Source of the DNA: Zygnema circumcarinatum SAG 698-1b
Lineage: Eukaryota > Plantae > Zygnematophyceae
DNA length: 64,000 nt
Assembly (NCBI GenBank): GCA_037447605.1
Contig: CM074804.1
Location: 3,759,909 to 3,823,908, forward strand
Direction: 5' to 3'
Every line of letters starts with the position of its first letter. The first letter of the stretch is position 1. A program made the translations under genes and the position numbers. The notes below the pieces were generated by a model. The model was not told the DNA's origin and did not search any database. It saw nothing but the letters and a program-made list of their open reading frames with translations. Of the stretch, positions 12,601 to 24,295 are shown one piece after another.

Positions 12601-12922
12601 GTTGGCTGCTCCTCTTGATCCAGCAAGGAAAGAAAGCAGCGCAGAAGAGATAACAACTCCCTTTGTTACAGGAGCATTATCTGCAAAGGAGTGAAATATT
12701 GTGAAATGTGAAACTGTACTAGCTGTAAATGTGAGAAAAGAGTTGACAGCAGAAGTAGGACCTCAAAATGTATTGCAATTTGCAACTTCAGAATAAGTCG
12801 CGCAGAATCGCAGACCCTACTGTAACAACTTGACACGAACGAGCGAAACCAAAGAAGGTAGTCTCCGTCCTTTCAACCAGTGAGACAATCCACTTACAAA
12901 ATCCTGAGAGTCCAGAGTTCAT
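9686..12922 (-). CDS. RBL20: Rhomboid-like protein 20 (UBAC2-like, C-terminal UBA domain), 9 exons, 320 aa
   Basis: Exons 12922-12898, 12680-12580, 12412-12272, 12117-12051, 11786-11632, 11413-11312, 10833-10708, 10222-10157 and 9865-9686 splice in frame (963 nt). Motifs: [61 protein letters not shown], and [24 protein letters not shown]. Confidence 0.93.
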
Positions 12923-13548
12923 CTTTGGAAAGATGAAGTATCACAGCGCTCCGCCCAAGCCCGACAGCAGCCCGACAGACCCTTTCAAAAACCAAAGTCC
13001 GTCCGCCTGCGCAAGGTCTCTCCGCTCCTCTCCTCTTGCCAGCAAGGCCCTCCCTCCCCTTTCCCCCTCCCGCAGGCCGTGGCCACTTGCCTGCACTTCC
13101 CGGACCCAAAAGTTTGGGATCCACTCAACTTCAGTGACCCGTACAAGACAGTTAGGTTGACTTTTTGAATGCTCGGTGGATCCCTAGTTCAACTCATTTC
13201 CGTATCCTAACGGTGGACACCGCGCGCAACATCGGCCGTTTCATGTTGACTCTCTGCGCGCAGAAGTTGATCCTGGACCGCAAAAGTGGAGTCCGCCGAC
13301 TGCTGTGGAAGGGCCTCCCTCGCGCAGCCTCCCCTGCGTCCCCCCTCCCCTTCCCTCCCCTCGTCCCCCGCCCAGCGCTGGGGTCGAGTCGTTTCGAGCA
13401 GCAGCAGCAGTTCAGCAGAAGCAGCAGCAGCAGGTGTTGGGAAGGGCCTTCCTGGGCCTTCCTCGCCCGCAATGTGGGTCATCTCGCGGCTTTGAGATGG
13501 TCTTTCAACCCCTCTGCCTGAACAGGGGGGAGAGTGCCGCCGGGAGCC

Positions 13549-16189
13549 ATGGGGAGAGAAGTGGAGAGTGTGCATGAAGGAGAGACTGAGCCGCTATGGC
13601 TGAAGCTGCTAGGCGGTGCTTCTCAATTGTGCTCCTGTTGCCTTCCGCTGACGAGACTTCTGCCTTCTCGTTACCATGTACTGGAGCCTACTCAAGCAGA
13701 AGCGGAGCCTATTTACCTTCGGTTTGAGAATCAGGCAACTCATTGCCCCGTGCCAAAACTTATTATGTCCACTTGGCGCGTTGATTTTGTGCAGCTGCAT
13801 TTCCTCATCTTCATGATGTTTTGTAGGCGGAATATTCCATCCATAAGCAAGTTACAGTGTCCAAATTTCTGCATTTCTTGTTGATCATCAGGCCGGTTTC
13901 TATCCGATTGCCTTCATTGCCTGTTGCTTCGAGGCCTTCGTCCTCCACAGCAAAACATTGCGACAGGGGGCGGATGATCAGAGTCACGTCAGCTCAGAGC
14001 AGGCTTCCGGCGTCCTGTGTGCAGACGGACACAGCAATTTCAGTGTACTGGTTCAGCCATACAGGAGAGGAAGTATTTTACTTTCATTTGAACCCGGGAT
14101 GTTCCATTTCACAAGAGAGTTTCGCCGGTAATGTGTGGATGGTGAAGGACCAGGCCTCACAGAAGCTGCTTATCCGTACAAAAGTGTGCTCGCTAACCTA
14201 CAGAACCTTTTTCTCGGGGATAGAATGCGTTTTAACGATTATCTTGAAGCATTTTCTAGGATGTCATTCCCGGAAACCAAACAAATGCATATGGGAAAGC
14301 TGCCTGCCGGCATGATGCATATGTGCCTCGATGGCACTGCCAAGAAGCAGGTCTTCTTTGTTCTAAAGTTTCGGGGCGTGTGCTAGGAGCCTTATTTTCT
14401 TGACGGGCCTTTGGCAATATGCGCTTGACTCCCGTTTGTACTCCTGTCAGGACAAATGCTACATGTGGTCTACCTAGGCACTCTTTTGACATCAATCATC
14501 CCATGTCATGGGGGATCTATTCATCACCATTTTTTTTTAACTGGCAGAATTTTGCTTTCACCCTCTTTCTATTCGTGCCAGGTGGATGACCGGAAGCGTC
14601 AACTTTGCTGTGTACGCCAAGTAACTCTTTATTGTAATGCAGACCCCACCGTGGACGAGCCGACTGAATCAGATGTGAAATTGCCAGCCTGCTATGTACG
14701 GCGGGTGGACACTAAGCAGGGTATTCGAATCGTTGGATATGCTCAAGTATCAATGGAGGCGCTTCGTGCGGCGAAAGGGGTGGTGGAAAACATGTTGAAG
14801 GTGCCATTCTCTTGGCCTAGGCTCATTTGTATTGTAGTATCTCAATTTCTTAGCTCGTTCAATTTCTCTCGAGTTTGTTCAGTTGACATATCGCTTGAGG
14901 AACATAAAGAAACACCGCAATTATTGGCCCTCAGGCCCAGGAAAAAAAACTTTGTTCACATTAATCTTGAAAAGTATAAAAGGTATAGTGAAGGTACATT
15001 GTGATGATGGACAGATTTGTGGAATTGGTCTGTGCTTTTGCACATCATGGCGTAGTGTAGCTTGAGCAAGCTTGTCCGAAGTCAACTTTATGATAAACTT
15101 GATTTGTCTTTTGTTCTTCAGGGATGCCCAAAAAGAATCGTAGATGAGCTTTTGAATCATGACTGCAAAGTGGCCGTAATGGCTCGAGATCAGGTGACTA
15201 CCGATATTTTGGAGCATTCACATCTGCGTGGATCTTCAGTAGCAGATGGGAGAGATTGGGACAGCGAGGTCAGAGGCCTGGGGGGCACCAAGTCTATACC
15301 CACATGTTCAGTAGGAGAGGAAAATGTGTTGCGACGACCACATCCTGAAGATAAGTACTACCAAGAAAGTATATTGGTACACGAATTCGCGCATACAATA
15401 ATGGAGGTGAGCATAGGCTATGTTCTTTGGCAAATGATTACGGTTGGGCATCTCTGCTGCTATTCTTTTCCTGTGGGAGGATGTTTGATTCGGTGTAGAA
15501 AACTAGCTTGATGTCTTGATTGCAGGGAGAATCTGCTCATCCTTTAGGAAATTGTCTCTTGTCAGGTGACTTTTGACGACAAACTTAATCAAAGGATAAA
15601 CTCCATTTACCAGCGTTCCAAGGTGAGCGGTTATGATTGCGTTGACTCTGGTACGTTAATTGCGTCTATTTTGGTTTGGCTTGTGATCACTAGCTAAAAT
15701 GGCTCATGACAACAAGGCTGAGTCTATTCCTTCAGGACGGTATCCCAATTGTGATGCAATTGACTTTGTTATGCCTTCCAAATTTATTTTCATTCTCTGG
15801 TTTTCTTGTTTCTTGATCCTTCTGTTGTCTTGCGCCAGTCAGTGTATAAGATTTAACAACTGCATTAACGGATATTGTGTATTGAACCTTTCTGCACAAA
15901 AATAAGCTAATGTAGTTGAACTGTTGGTTTTTGCTTGTGACAGAACAAGTATACTCCCGGAATTTATATGGCTGTGGATGAGAAGGAGTACTGGGCTGAG
16001 GGAAGTGAGTCCTGGTTCAATGCCAGTCTTCGCGAGGATATAAACGATGGAATCAACACGAGGGAGAAATTGAAGGCGCACGATCCCGAGTTGGCTAGGC
16101 TTCTTCGTGAAGTCTATGGAGATGGGGAATGGAGGTATGACTTTACACCCCTTCCAATGCCACCCAAAAATGTAGACGTGCGGGTGTAA
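13549..16189 (+). CDS. Zinc metallopeptidase (ATLF/Pro-Pro endopeptidase-like zincin) with an N-terminal VHL beta-domain
   Basis: Exons 13549-13734, 14025-~14183, ~14581-14800, 15122-15406, 15566-15622, 15944-16189. VHL-beta-like segment: PIYLRFENQ|TDTAISVYWFSHTGEEVFYFHLNPGCSISQESFAGNVWMVKD. Zincin segment: RGLGGT..PTCSVGEENVL..ESILVHEFAH (HEXXH at 15380-15394), KEYWAEGSESWF (15986-16003), REKLKAHDPELARLLREVY. Splicing between 14140 and 14640 is not fully resolved. Confidence 0.85.
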
Positions 16190-18088
16190 CATAGACGATT
16201 ACTGGTCACCATTATTCTCGACATGATTTTTTTATGTTTTATGTAGCTGAGAAAATAATACTGAGCAAAGTGCTTATTCTGCTTTGTTCCTAAGACCGCA
16301 TCCTATTTTGCGGGGACAGCACAGGCCAGCAGTTGTTTGGCCCCCATCGTAGTGATTCTATTGAGACAATGAAGTTTGTGCATTGTCAAAATTCCACATC
16401 TGTAGAGGAAGCTCCCGCTTCTGAAGGATGAGGATTTAAGCCATATGCAGTCAAAATCGTCGGTCCAAACATAGGACCGGACTTTGACCACTATCGTCTA
16501 AAATACGTGGTTATGCTCATAGCTTGCGACTTTTGACATTTGCACACACTTTACCGATTTGTCCAGGTCCGACACTGCTCTTGTGCTCATGTTGGGATGT
16601 TTCGGAGCATTTGTTCATGTGTATGAATTCCCTGAACTTTTTCTGTTCATAGTTTGTCATCCTGGAGCGTACATCTCTGGACTAAAGATTTATGTTATGT
16701 TTGGCTTGTTTTGTGTGTGCTAATCGAGGATCCGTTGAACAAAGGCTCTCTTTCTTTACCTCCCTTAGTTGTCTTCTATACTCTCTTCCATTTTTCTCAC
16801 TATTTTACTCCCCCCTATGGCTCTCTTGGCTCACCCCCTTCTGCCCTTTGCTATCTCCAACAAGGTCCATTCCCTTGCCCACGCTCCCACGACTGGGAGC
16901 GAGCACGCTCCACATTTGAGCTCTGGTTGCAAAACTTCCACTCTTTCCGGACCCAGGGCAGCCCGTCCATGGGGGACATAGTGGGGGAGTCTTTAGAGTT
17001 CACATTTGTGCTGAGGCTATTCCTGCCGGAGTTTGGATGGCAGGCCTTGGAAAGCTTCCAGGGCTTTCCAAGGCCCTTCGAAACTTTCGCAGCCATTGCT
17101 TCCTAAGGTCAGGACCGCGTCCCACTGTCCACAATGGCTCAACCCTGGCCCTGCTAAAGGGACGCGGCTTTTTTATTGCCGCATTAGGAGGTGTCGTTCC
17201 TAAGAAAATAGCTACAGAAAGTCCTTTTTCAATGCGGTCAGAATCCGTACTGATCTCTACTTTACCAAAGTACACGTTTAACGTATATTTTTGCTTTCGA
17301 CTTAGGTTGACACCACTTATCAGGGCTTGTCAATCTTGAGGCAAGCGTGGGGATAGCGTAGGGAATGTTTTCGAAACAAGTACTCTCTACTTCCCTGTGA
17401 ATTATAACGCGGGAAACACGTACTAGTTTTGGAGTATACTTTACCCTATTTCCCTTTTCAAGATTGACTAGCCCTATTGAGAAGTGACTTGTAGTTTGTT
17501 TCGAATGACCGCTGCCCCTCCCCCCGCCGTAGCAGGCCCCACCTATGCACTGTTAAAATCTGCTGATCGAACTTCGAGCGAGGGGGACAGAACTGCAGAG
17601 TATTCTGTGCTGTGCCGTACGACGATGATGACTTGGCACTACATCAGATAAGCATTGCAGAGGCTGGAAACGGCCACCGGTTGGCCGCGGGACTGCGCAG
17701 TAGTGTGGGAACTCACATCACGCGTGCTTGCCATGGTCCACGCTAGTCTGGACAAAAGTAACAAGCTGAGACTTTGACTACTTTGCTCTCATTCTGGCTG
17801 ATTTTATTCCTGCCTGCGGTTGCCGCCTATGCCAACCGTACAAGGCCGAGGCAGAGATAATTTAAGAACACAAAAAAATGTGCGCATGACCAGCTTTGCG
17901 CCGCGGCCTGAACAAGTTTTTAATGTACAGAGTTTCCGAAACTAAAGACTGGAGAAAATAAGCCAATAAATAGGCATAGCCATCCACCCAACTGGGAGGC
18001 ACATCGGTCGGCGGCGACGTGCATTTCAGGGCTCGAAGTAGCTTCAATATAGAAATGAATGGAAGGCCTCAAAGTAGGGATTCAAGCT

Positions 18089-20413
18089 TTAATTATATCC
18101 CACGGTGTTCTTCTTTGCTTCGGAGGCGGGCGCAACAAACTGGCGTCCTCCGAGGTCACAGTGAGTGATGCCCTTGCTGAGGGGCCCCTTGTAGTACATG
18201 ATGTTCTTGATCTCCGTCTCCTGCTCTTTTTGCTGAAAGAACTTAACTGACTGCAGATCCCCAAGTACTCCCCTCCCTCTCTCGTCTTAGCATCACCATG
18301 TCATCCACACCTGCATGCTCTCTTTCTACTGCTGCAGAATAGGGCAGTCTTTCCATTTTCCGAGCTATTAGCTTTTTTTTCTGGCAGCTCATTATCGTCA
18401 GAATTTGGAAGTTAGGTCAGATCATCTAGTAGATACTAGCTACGAGCTATTGGCCAGATTTGTTTCTTCTTACCTTCTCTTGATTACTCGGCATTGCCAT
18501 GTGCTCTGTCTAGATTTTGAGAACATATAGTACAAACTTGCAGGATCAAATGGCGGACAGGATGGACAGTGCGCCTGAGTAGAAGTTCTGCCTAAGAGCC
18601 TAAACCTTTTTTATGTGTTTTTCCGGCGTCAACCCATTGACAATTCTCGCCTCACAACTCTCAACCAAAGTTGTAATGCACGTATGCACTGCTTAATCAT
18701 TCATGCAGCAGTTTGAAGCCACCGAGCGAGTTATAACCAAATGCAGGTTCTTGAAGGAACTCAAAAAAGCGCAGCAATAAGCACCCTCAGAAAACCAGGA
18801 GCATATAGATGTGGCGCGCTGGACTTACAGTCGATTTGAGCGCATGTGATGACCCCGCTTGAACACCCGTCCTTGTGTTCCCCAAGTCGTAATTTGCGCC
18901 ACCTGCCTTCCTCAGTGCGTCGTCGATCTCCTCCTCCAGCTTTTCCAAAGCTTCCATCTCATACAACTGCTTCTCAATATGATAACCCTGTAAACACCGG
19001 AACATTTCATTATTTAAAAAAAAAAAAAGGGGAAGGAACTGAGACTGACTTTAAAGTCACTGAGGAGCCTTGAAGGCGAGCTTATCCATGTGTAATTAAG
19101 GAAAGGAAGGCAATGAGGTCTATGCCATCAAGTGAGCCGAAGCCAGTTGAAATGGCTCAGCTTCTGAATTCCACGACAAGCTGTAATACAAAGTATACAA
19201 TTATTTTCTTTCCTTTTTTGCTGGTTACTCCGCCACATGGCTCTGGACGTTCCAAGCCAGCGCACTACGGTTTCATGCCATTTATCCTTCTATTTACCAA
19301 TAAAGGTAATCTTTGAAAACAAGTTCCACTATTGGAGGAGTAGTATCTCAAAGACCGAGGACGATAAATACATCCAGAAAATTAGAGGGGCGAGGGAGAA
19401 GCAGATTGAGAATCAAACAAGTGAAGAAGAAGTGAGGGAGGAGTGGAGATGCAGACTTCTTGAAGTCCTGATCCTTCTCAACAAGTGTCTGCGGACAGAA
19501 TGTCTCTCACCTTGAAAAGATCCGCGCAAGCTTGCTTATGTATAGACACTTTCCCCTTCTTTAAAGGCGACGACTGCTCGCCCACCCATGTGAGGAACAC
19601 AAACTTGACGCGCTTTGAATCGCCTCCGTCATCCATCTTGTTCAGTCGGAGGAAACCGTACAAGATGTTGTTCTCCGTGCACTGCATTACAGAGGTTCAT
19701 TCCCATCAGAAGATTCCAAGTTCAACGAAAGGCGAGGGCTTTCAAGGACCACGGTCAACATGCACCAAGATCGAGCAGTGACGTGGAAGGCAAAAGATTT
19801 AGGTGATCTGCATCACCATGTTGTTGCAGTTTTGACTTCTACAATCATAAACGTATCAAATACAAAAAGGAAAGGGAAGGAAAGGAAAGGAATGACATTT
19901 TCGAGTTTTTTGCGCTTCTCCTTGCGTGTGGCACGCCAAGGATGCCACTTCGTTTCGATTCAAAGAATATACTTATTCTTCTGATGTCACTTATACAATG
20001 CAGGGTTCCCCTGAAGTCTGAGATAGCTCAAATAAAAAAAAGAAGGAAAATGGAGGCAGCCAATAGCTGCAGATTCCAATCCTTCGCCAAAGGCAAGACA
20101 ACGGGTCGATGGTCCAGTTGATCCGATTCAGTGGATCAATAGAAATTCGCATGACAAAATGTATTTCTGATCCACTTCTGATCTGCCAAACATTCACCAA
20201 AACGTACTCCTCACTTTTCTGAAACATCATTCACTTCCCAGCCCCCCTTTTCCTTCCCACCTGCTTAACCATGTCCGCAATCCCAGTGGTTCCTGAAGTG
20301 ATTGGCTGCAACTTGGCCCCCTCATAGCCCAGCCAGCACCACGTGTCAGGACTGTCGTCCAAGAACACGCCCTTGTAAGCGGCCTCGCACCCGAGACCCA
20401 AAATGGCAGCCAT
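18089..20413 (-). CDS. COTL1: Coactosin-like ADF-H actin-binding protein with C-terminal extension, 4 coding exons, 214 aa
   Basis: Exons 20413-20261, 19681-19511, 18987-18829 and 18250-18089 are all phase 0. Motifs: LYGFLRL..DSKRVKFVFLTWVGE..KKGKVSIHK and LRKAGGANYD, the coactosin-class signature. The symbol is a family-level label only. Confidence 0.87.
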
Positions 20414-20780
20414 AACTGCTCTTGCTTCAGGGATCAGAAGCCTGTCCAAGCGGCACAATGCAGGCAATAAGCGGAGCAGATTCCCTTCTTTTGCCAAAAT
20501 ATAAACAATGTAGATGATGTCTCTATACAAAATAAGCTGCGGGAGAGCTGAAAACTCGTCTTTCTTGGCCTTCCACCTTGCGGGTAGGTGTGGAATGCAG
20601 GTCAGTCGTGACTTTTGAGAGGGAACAGGACCATCCTAACTTCGTAAGAGGACTTGGGGGGGGGGGGAGGGGGGATCGTTCGCGGAGCCGCATGGAATCG
20701 TGGAATACCACGGCCGCAGTTCCAATCGCCTCGAACGGTTCCATGAACGTTGGCTGGCACATGTGGAGCTTACTTGGGCT

Positions 20781-20857
20781 CGCAACCAGGATCAATCGCA
20801 ACCAGGATCAACCGCAACCGGATCAACTGCAGCCGGATCAATCGCAGCCGGATCAAC
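20781..20857. repeat. Five tandem 15-16-nt units (cgca a/g cc(a)ggatcaa c/t)
   Basis: Seen directly. Lies just upstream of a minus-strand donor (CCCAA|GTAAGC, ~20772), so probably in a 5'-UTR exon of the coactosin-like gene. Confidence 0.85.
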
Positions 20858-21080
20858 ACAACTGATCTGAACAATCTAAAGGAAACTTCGCATTGGCTCC
20901 AGGTTTCCTGGGCACCGTCTGATTCGTCAGCTTATGGCTTCAAATTTTTTATTAAGAAAATCTTTACAGATTGACCTAGATTCCTCCAAATCGGTCGAGA
21001 CGATCCGGTCTTGATCGGTCCGGAAATCGTTCACACTTGGGCGACCACGTCAACGACGGTTTTTCTCACGCGGGGCGACC

Positions 21081-24000
21081 ATGGCCAGGCCCAGGGCCAG
21101 GCCGTACCTGCAGGGGATAGGTGCTTCACTCCGCGAGGTTCCTTTCCTCGCCATGGTGCGCTCGCCCGTCCTTCCATCGCCCTCCTGCTTCCTGCAACAC
21201 GTCTGCGTTTCTGCGACGCATGGTCTCCCTGCAACTAAAGTCTCACCTCCTCTCACTTCCTTAAAATTCCTGGCACCTTCTTGGAAAGCGTCTGCCGCTT
21301 CCTTTTCGCGGGAGTGCTTTTTCGGCAGACTGCGCCTGCTTAAAGTGAGAGGATATCGATAGGGGATCGACGTAGCGATCTGTCGCTGCCTGATGCTTTC
21401 TTATGCAGTCTTAGTAGTACATTGTGACCACAACGGGCTGAGCGAACTTGTAAGTGATTGATCTGTATAGGCTGCGGGTATCTTCCTGATTCTTTGCACC
21501 ATTTCTGAGCCTTCCCATGCTACTCTCTGGAATGTGCTTTGCAGCAGCACCGTCATTACAGCCACGCGCCATCAAAGTCACCTCCAGGAGGTAACTTTCG
21601 CACGTCATTAGATGTGTTGCCTTACTCTTCCACGCGCATGAAGGGTACCTTCGTAGGTCGCACGGACATGAAACGTCTCGGACCAGATAGCTTCAAAGGA
21701 ATGAATCTTACGCTGTGGAAGGCTCACACCCTGGATTCAGTTATTCATTCAGTTTTAAAAATGGGCATTTGCCAGGGATGGCTCCAGTAGCGCTCGACGG
21801 GACGCCTGAGATCCCCAAAAAGACGTACAATTTTCGCATTGTTAAGGTAAGCTTGCATTCGCCGACAGGCCGTCTGAAGGCTCGCCATTTGAAAACCTAC
21901 ATTCAGCAAATCTTGATCTTGTTCGGTAGTTGAAAGCATCGGTGCAACCACTTGTACTTTCAAACTTTGTGAAGTTTTCTCAAGATTGAATAAAAAATTC
22001 GCTTGCCCTAAGGTTTAGCAGGAACTTATTTCTCCCTGTGATGGTTTCGTGCGAAATTCTGCCAAGTTTTTTGCTTTTGAATCTGCTACCAACTGTTGCT
22101 TTATGGTCATGGACAACATTGGGAACAGGAAGAACTGAAGTATTCCCGATATATTCAAGTGTTCAACCGTGTTGTGGAGGTTGGTGACGATCTTCTCTCC
22201 CCAAGCAAAAGCAAAATGATACGCAATCTCTGTTTAATGCATGCATTGTTCAAGGTTATTACTTGAATTGGAAAGTTGATGGCGCTATGTCACCACAACG
22301 CATCCTTTCTTGGGTGTCTTTCTGGAAGTAACATTTCTTCTAATTTTTCACATCTCTGGTGTCAGAAAGCTTGTTGGCTCCTTGACAAAGTCTGCACGGT
22401 GGGCTCACATTCATTTGCCAGCATCCTCCCCATTCCAGCAAACCAGACGCCAAGACAGCTGAACAGCGCACTGTGGAGTATGATGTGGCCGGAGCTCGCA
22501 CTCAGTCATGCCATTTTGTGGTCGTGGTGCCGTTCCACTCCTCAGACAAGACTGTGACCCTTTTGACAGAATTTGCACAGGTAGGCCTTGCCACGGAAGG
22601 TCTATAGTCTTTCCTGAGCTTAAGCATATTGCTCACTAGGTTATGCGCAAAGAGCAGTTCAGTTGGTTGAAAGAAAGGAGTTGCTTGCGCAAAGCTAGAA
22701 TGGTGTAACTTGCTCTATCACTTAGATGTAAAAGTCTGATTTGTTTCTGTACAGTTTTGAAGGCTTGGCACAGAGGCCTGAAATGGTCTGTAATTGCCTT
22801 CGAGGTGAGTTGTACAGGGGGCTAACGACCTTGCTTACACTGTGCCGTGCGGCGGAGTTTCTGCATACCATACCTCGCTGGAGGACAGTGCCACGAGAGA
22901 GCTGTCAGAAGAGGTAGGTGAAAAATTGGAGGCAGGTGAAAGGTTTTCTGCCATGAGTGTAGCACCGAATTATTGTCTGCATTCAACTCGTAGAAGAGTT
23001 TTCCTATATTGTCCATTTTACTGCTACATGGTTCTTGCGCGTTCTTTTAGGATGCAGCTTACAAGATTTCTTCTCGATATTCAATATTGAGCATGCTGCA
23101 CCATCCAATCTATACAATCTCAACATGTCAGATGATTCACGAACTTACACGTGTCTTTGCAGGCTTACCTTAAAGGAGGCCGCCTGATTCGACTCCTGCC
23201 TGATTCCCACCCTGGCCTCCTTGAGGTCAGATTATGTGAAGAGACGTAACTGTACAGACATCTGGATTTTAAGTTGAACGTTTTTAAACTTAATGTATGC
23301 CGACACTTTTGACACTTTCACCTCGATATTGTTTTGTGATGTCTAAGTTTCAAGACAGTTCCGTGTGGATATGAATTGGAAGATGTGGAATGAATAATGC
23401 AGAGTGTCAAAATGTAGTTCGTCTACATGGGGGAATGGTTTTATATGGAAAGCACTGTGCACATTGTACCGCATTGGTGTACTTCTTAGTCGTCTGGAAT
23501 GGATTCGAAAATTCAACGATATTGAAAATGGTTAGTGGACGGTAAGTTTGCTTCGGCAGAGATGCGAACTTATGAACTAAATCGAGTGTTTAAACTCGAC
23601 TAACCTCTTGAAGAACTTTTTGTCATACAGGTCAAGTGGTGCAAAAATCGCTTCACTCCTTTTCTTGTTATCGACCCCGAGGTAAGCTGAATCTATATTC
23701 CATGATTTTTTGTCGTTATGCGTGTTTTCGCCTCCGATTTGGGTGTACTTTGTACTTTCTCTCTCCACGAGAAAGGCCTCCAATTTCAAGGGGTGTTCTG
23801 ATCGGCTGCCCAAATTTCTTCATTGGGCTGTGTCAGATTCTATACTCTGGACGCACAGTCTACTCACAACACATAGCCCCAAAGATTAGCACACAGCTCA
23901 CTATTTACCTCGTGTTCCAGTTGCAAAATATCACAAATCGTATTACTGCGTATAAGTATCACACAACTGCATGAAGTTACCCTTTTGTAAGAGTTATGTG

Positions 24001-24295
24001 CTTCTTTTTTAAGAGATATGTGCTTCCTATTTACGATAATACGATGTGTGTGATATCTCACAATTGAAACCAGCCAAGCAGTGTTTCAATGGCTGATGCT
24101 TGGGTGAAGAGACTGCCTTCGCGGTGGCAGGAAGACACAAACCCTCATCCTCGAGACGTGGAGGAGTTCATTGACGTGCACAGAGTGGCCGTCCCTGCGC
24201 TGAAGAGGATGATGTACAACGGCGACATGATGCTTCCTTCCATAGTGTCATGCGGAATGGCCCTCGATTATTTGCAAGCTCATGACTATTTGTAG
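21081..24295 (+). CDS. Nudix-family hydrolase, possibly organelle-targeted; N-terminal exons uncertain
   Basis: Spliced core: YNFRIVK|EELKYSRYIQVFNRVVE|..VEYDVAG..HFVVVVPFHSSDKTVTLLTEFAQ|GANDLAYTVPCGGVSAYHTSLEDSATRELSEE|AYLKGG..|VKWCKNRFTPFLVIDPE|EDTNPHPRDVEEFIDV..DYL*. The Nudix-box exon is 22818-22913. The N-terminus is Ser/Arg/Ala/Pro-rich. Confidence 0.8.

Noticed and set aside
16654-17339. Overlapping ORFs with a vaguely LINE-endonuclease-like GLGKPWKLS
   Set aside because: No GDFN or RT motifs, short frames and no splice support.
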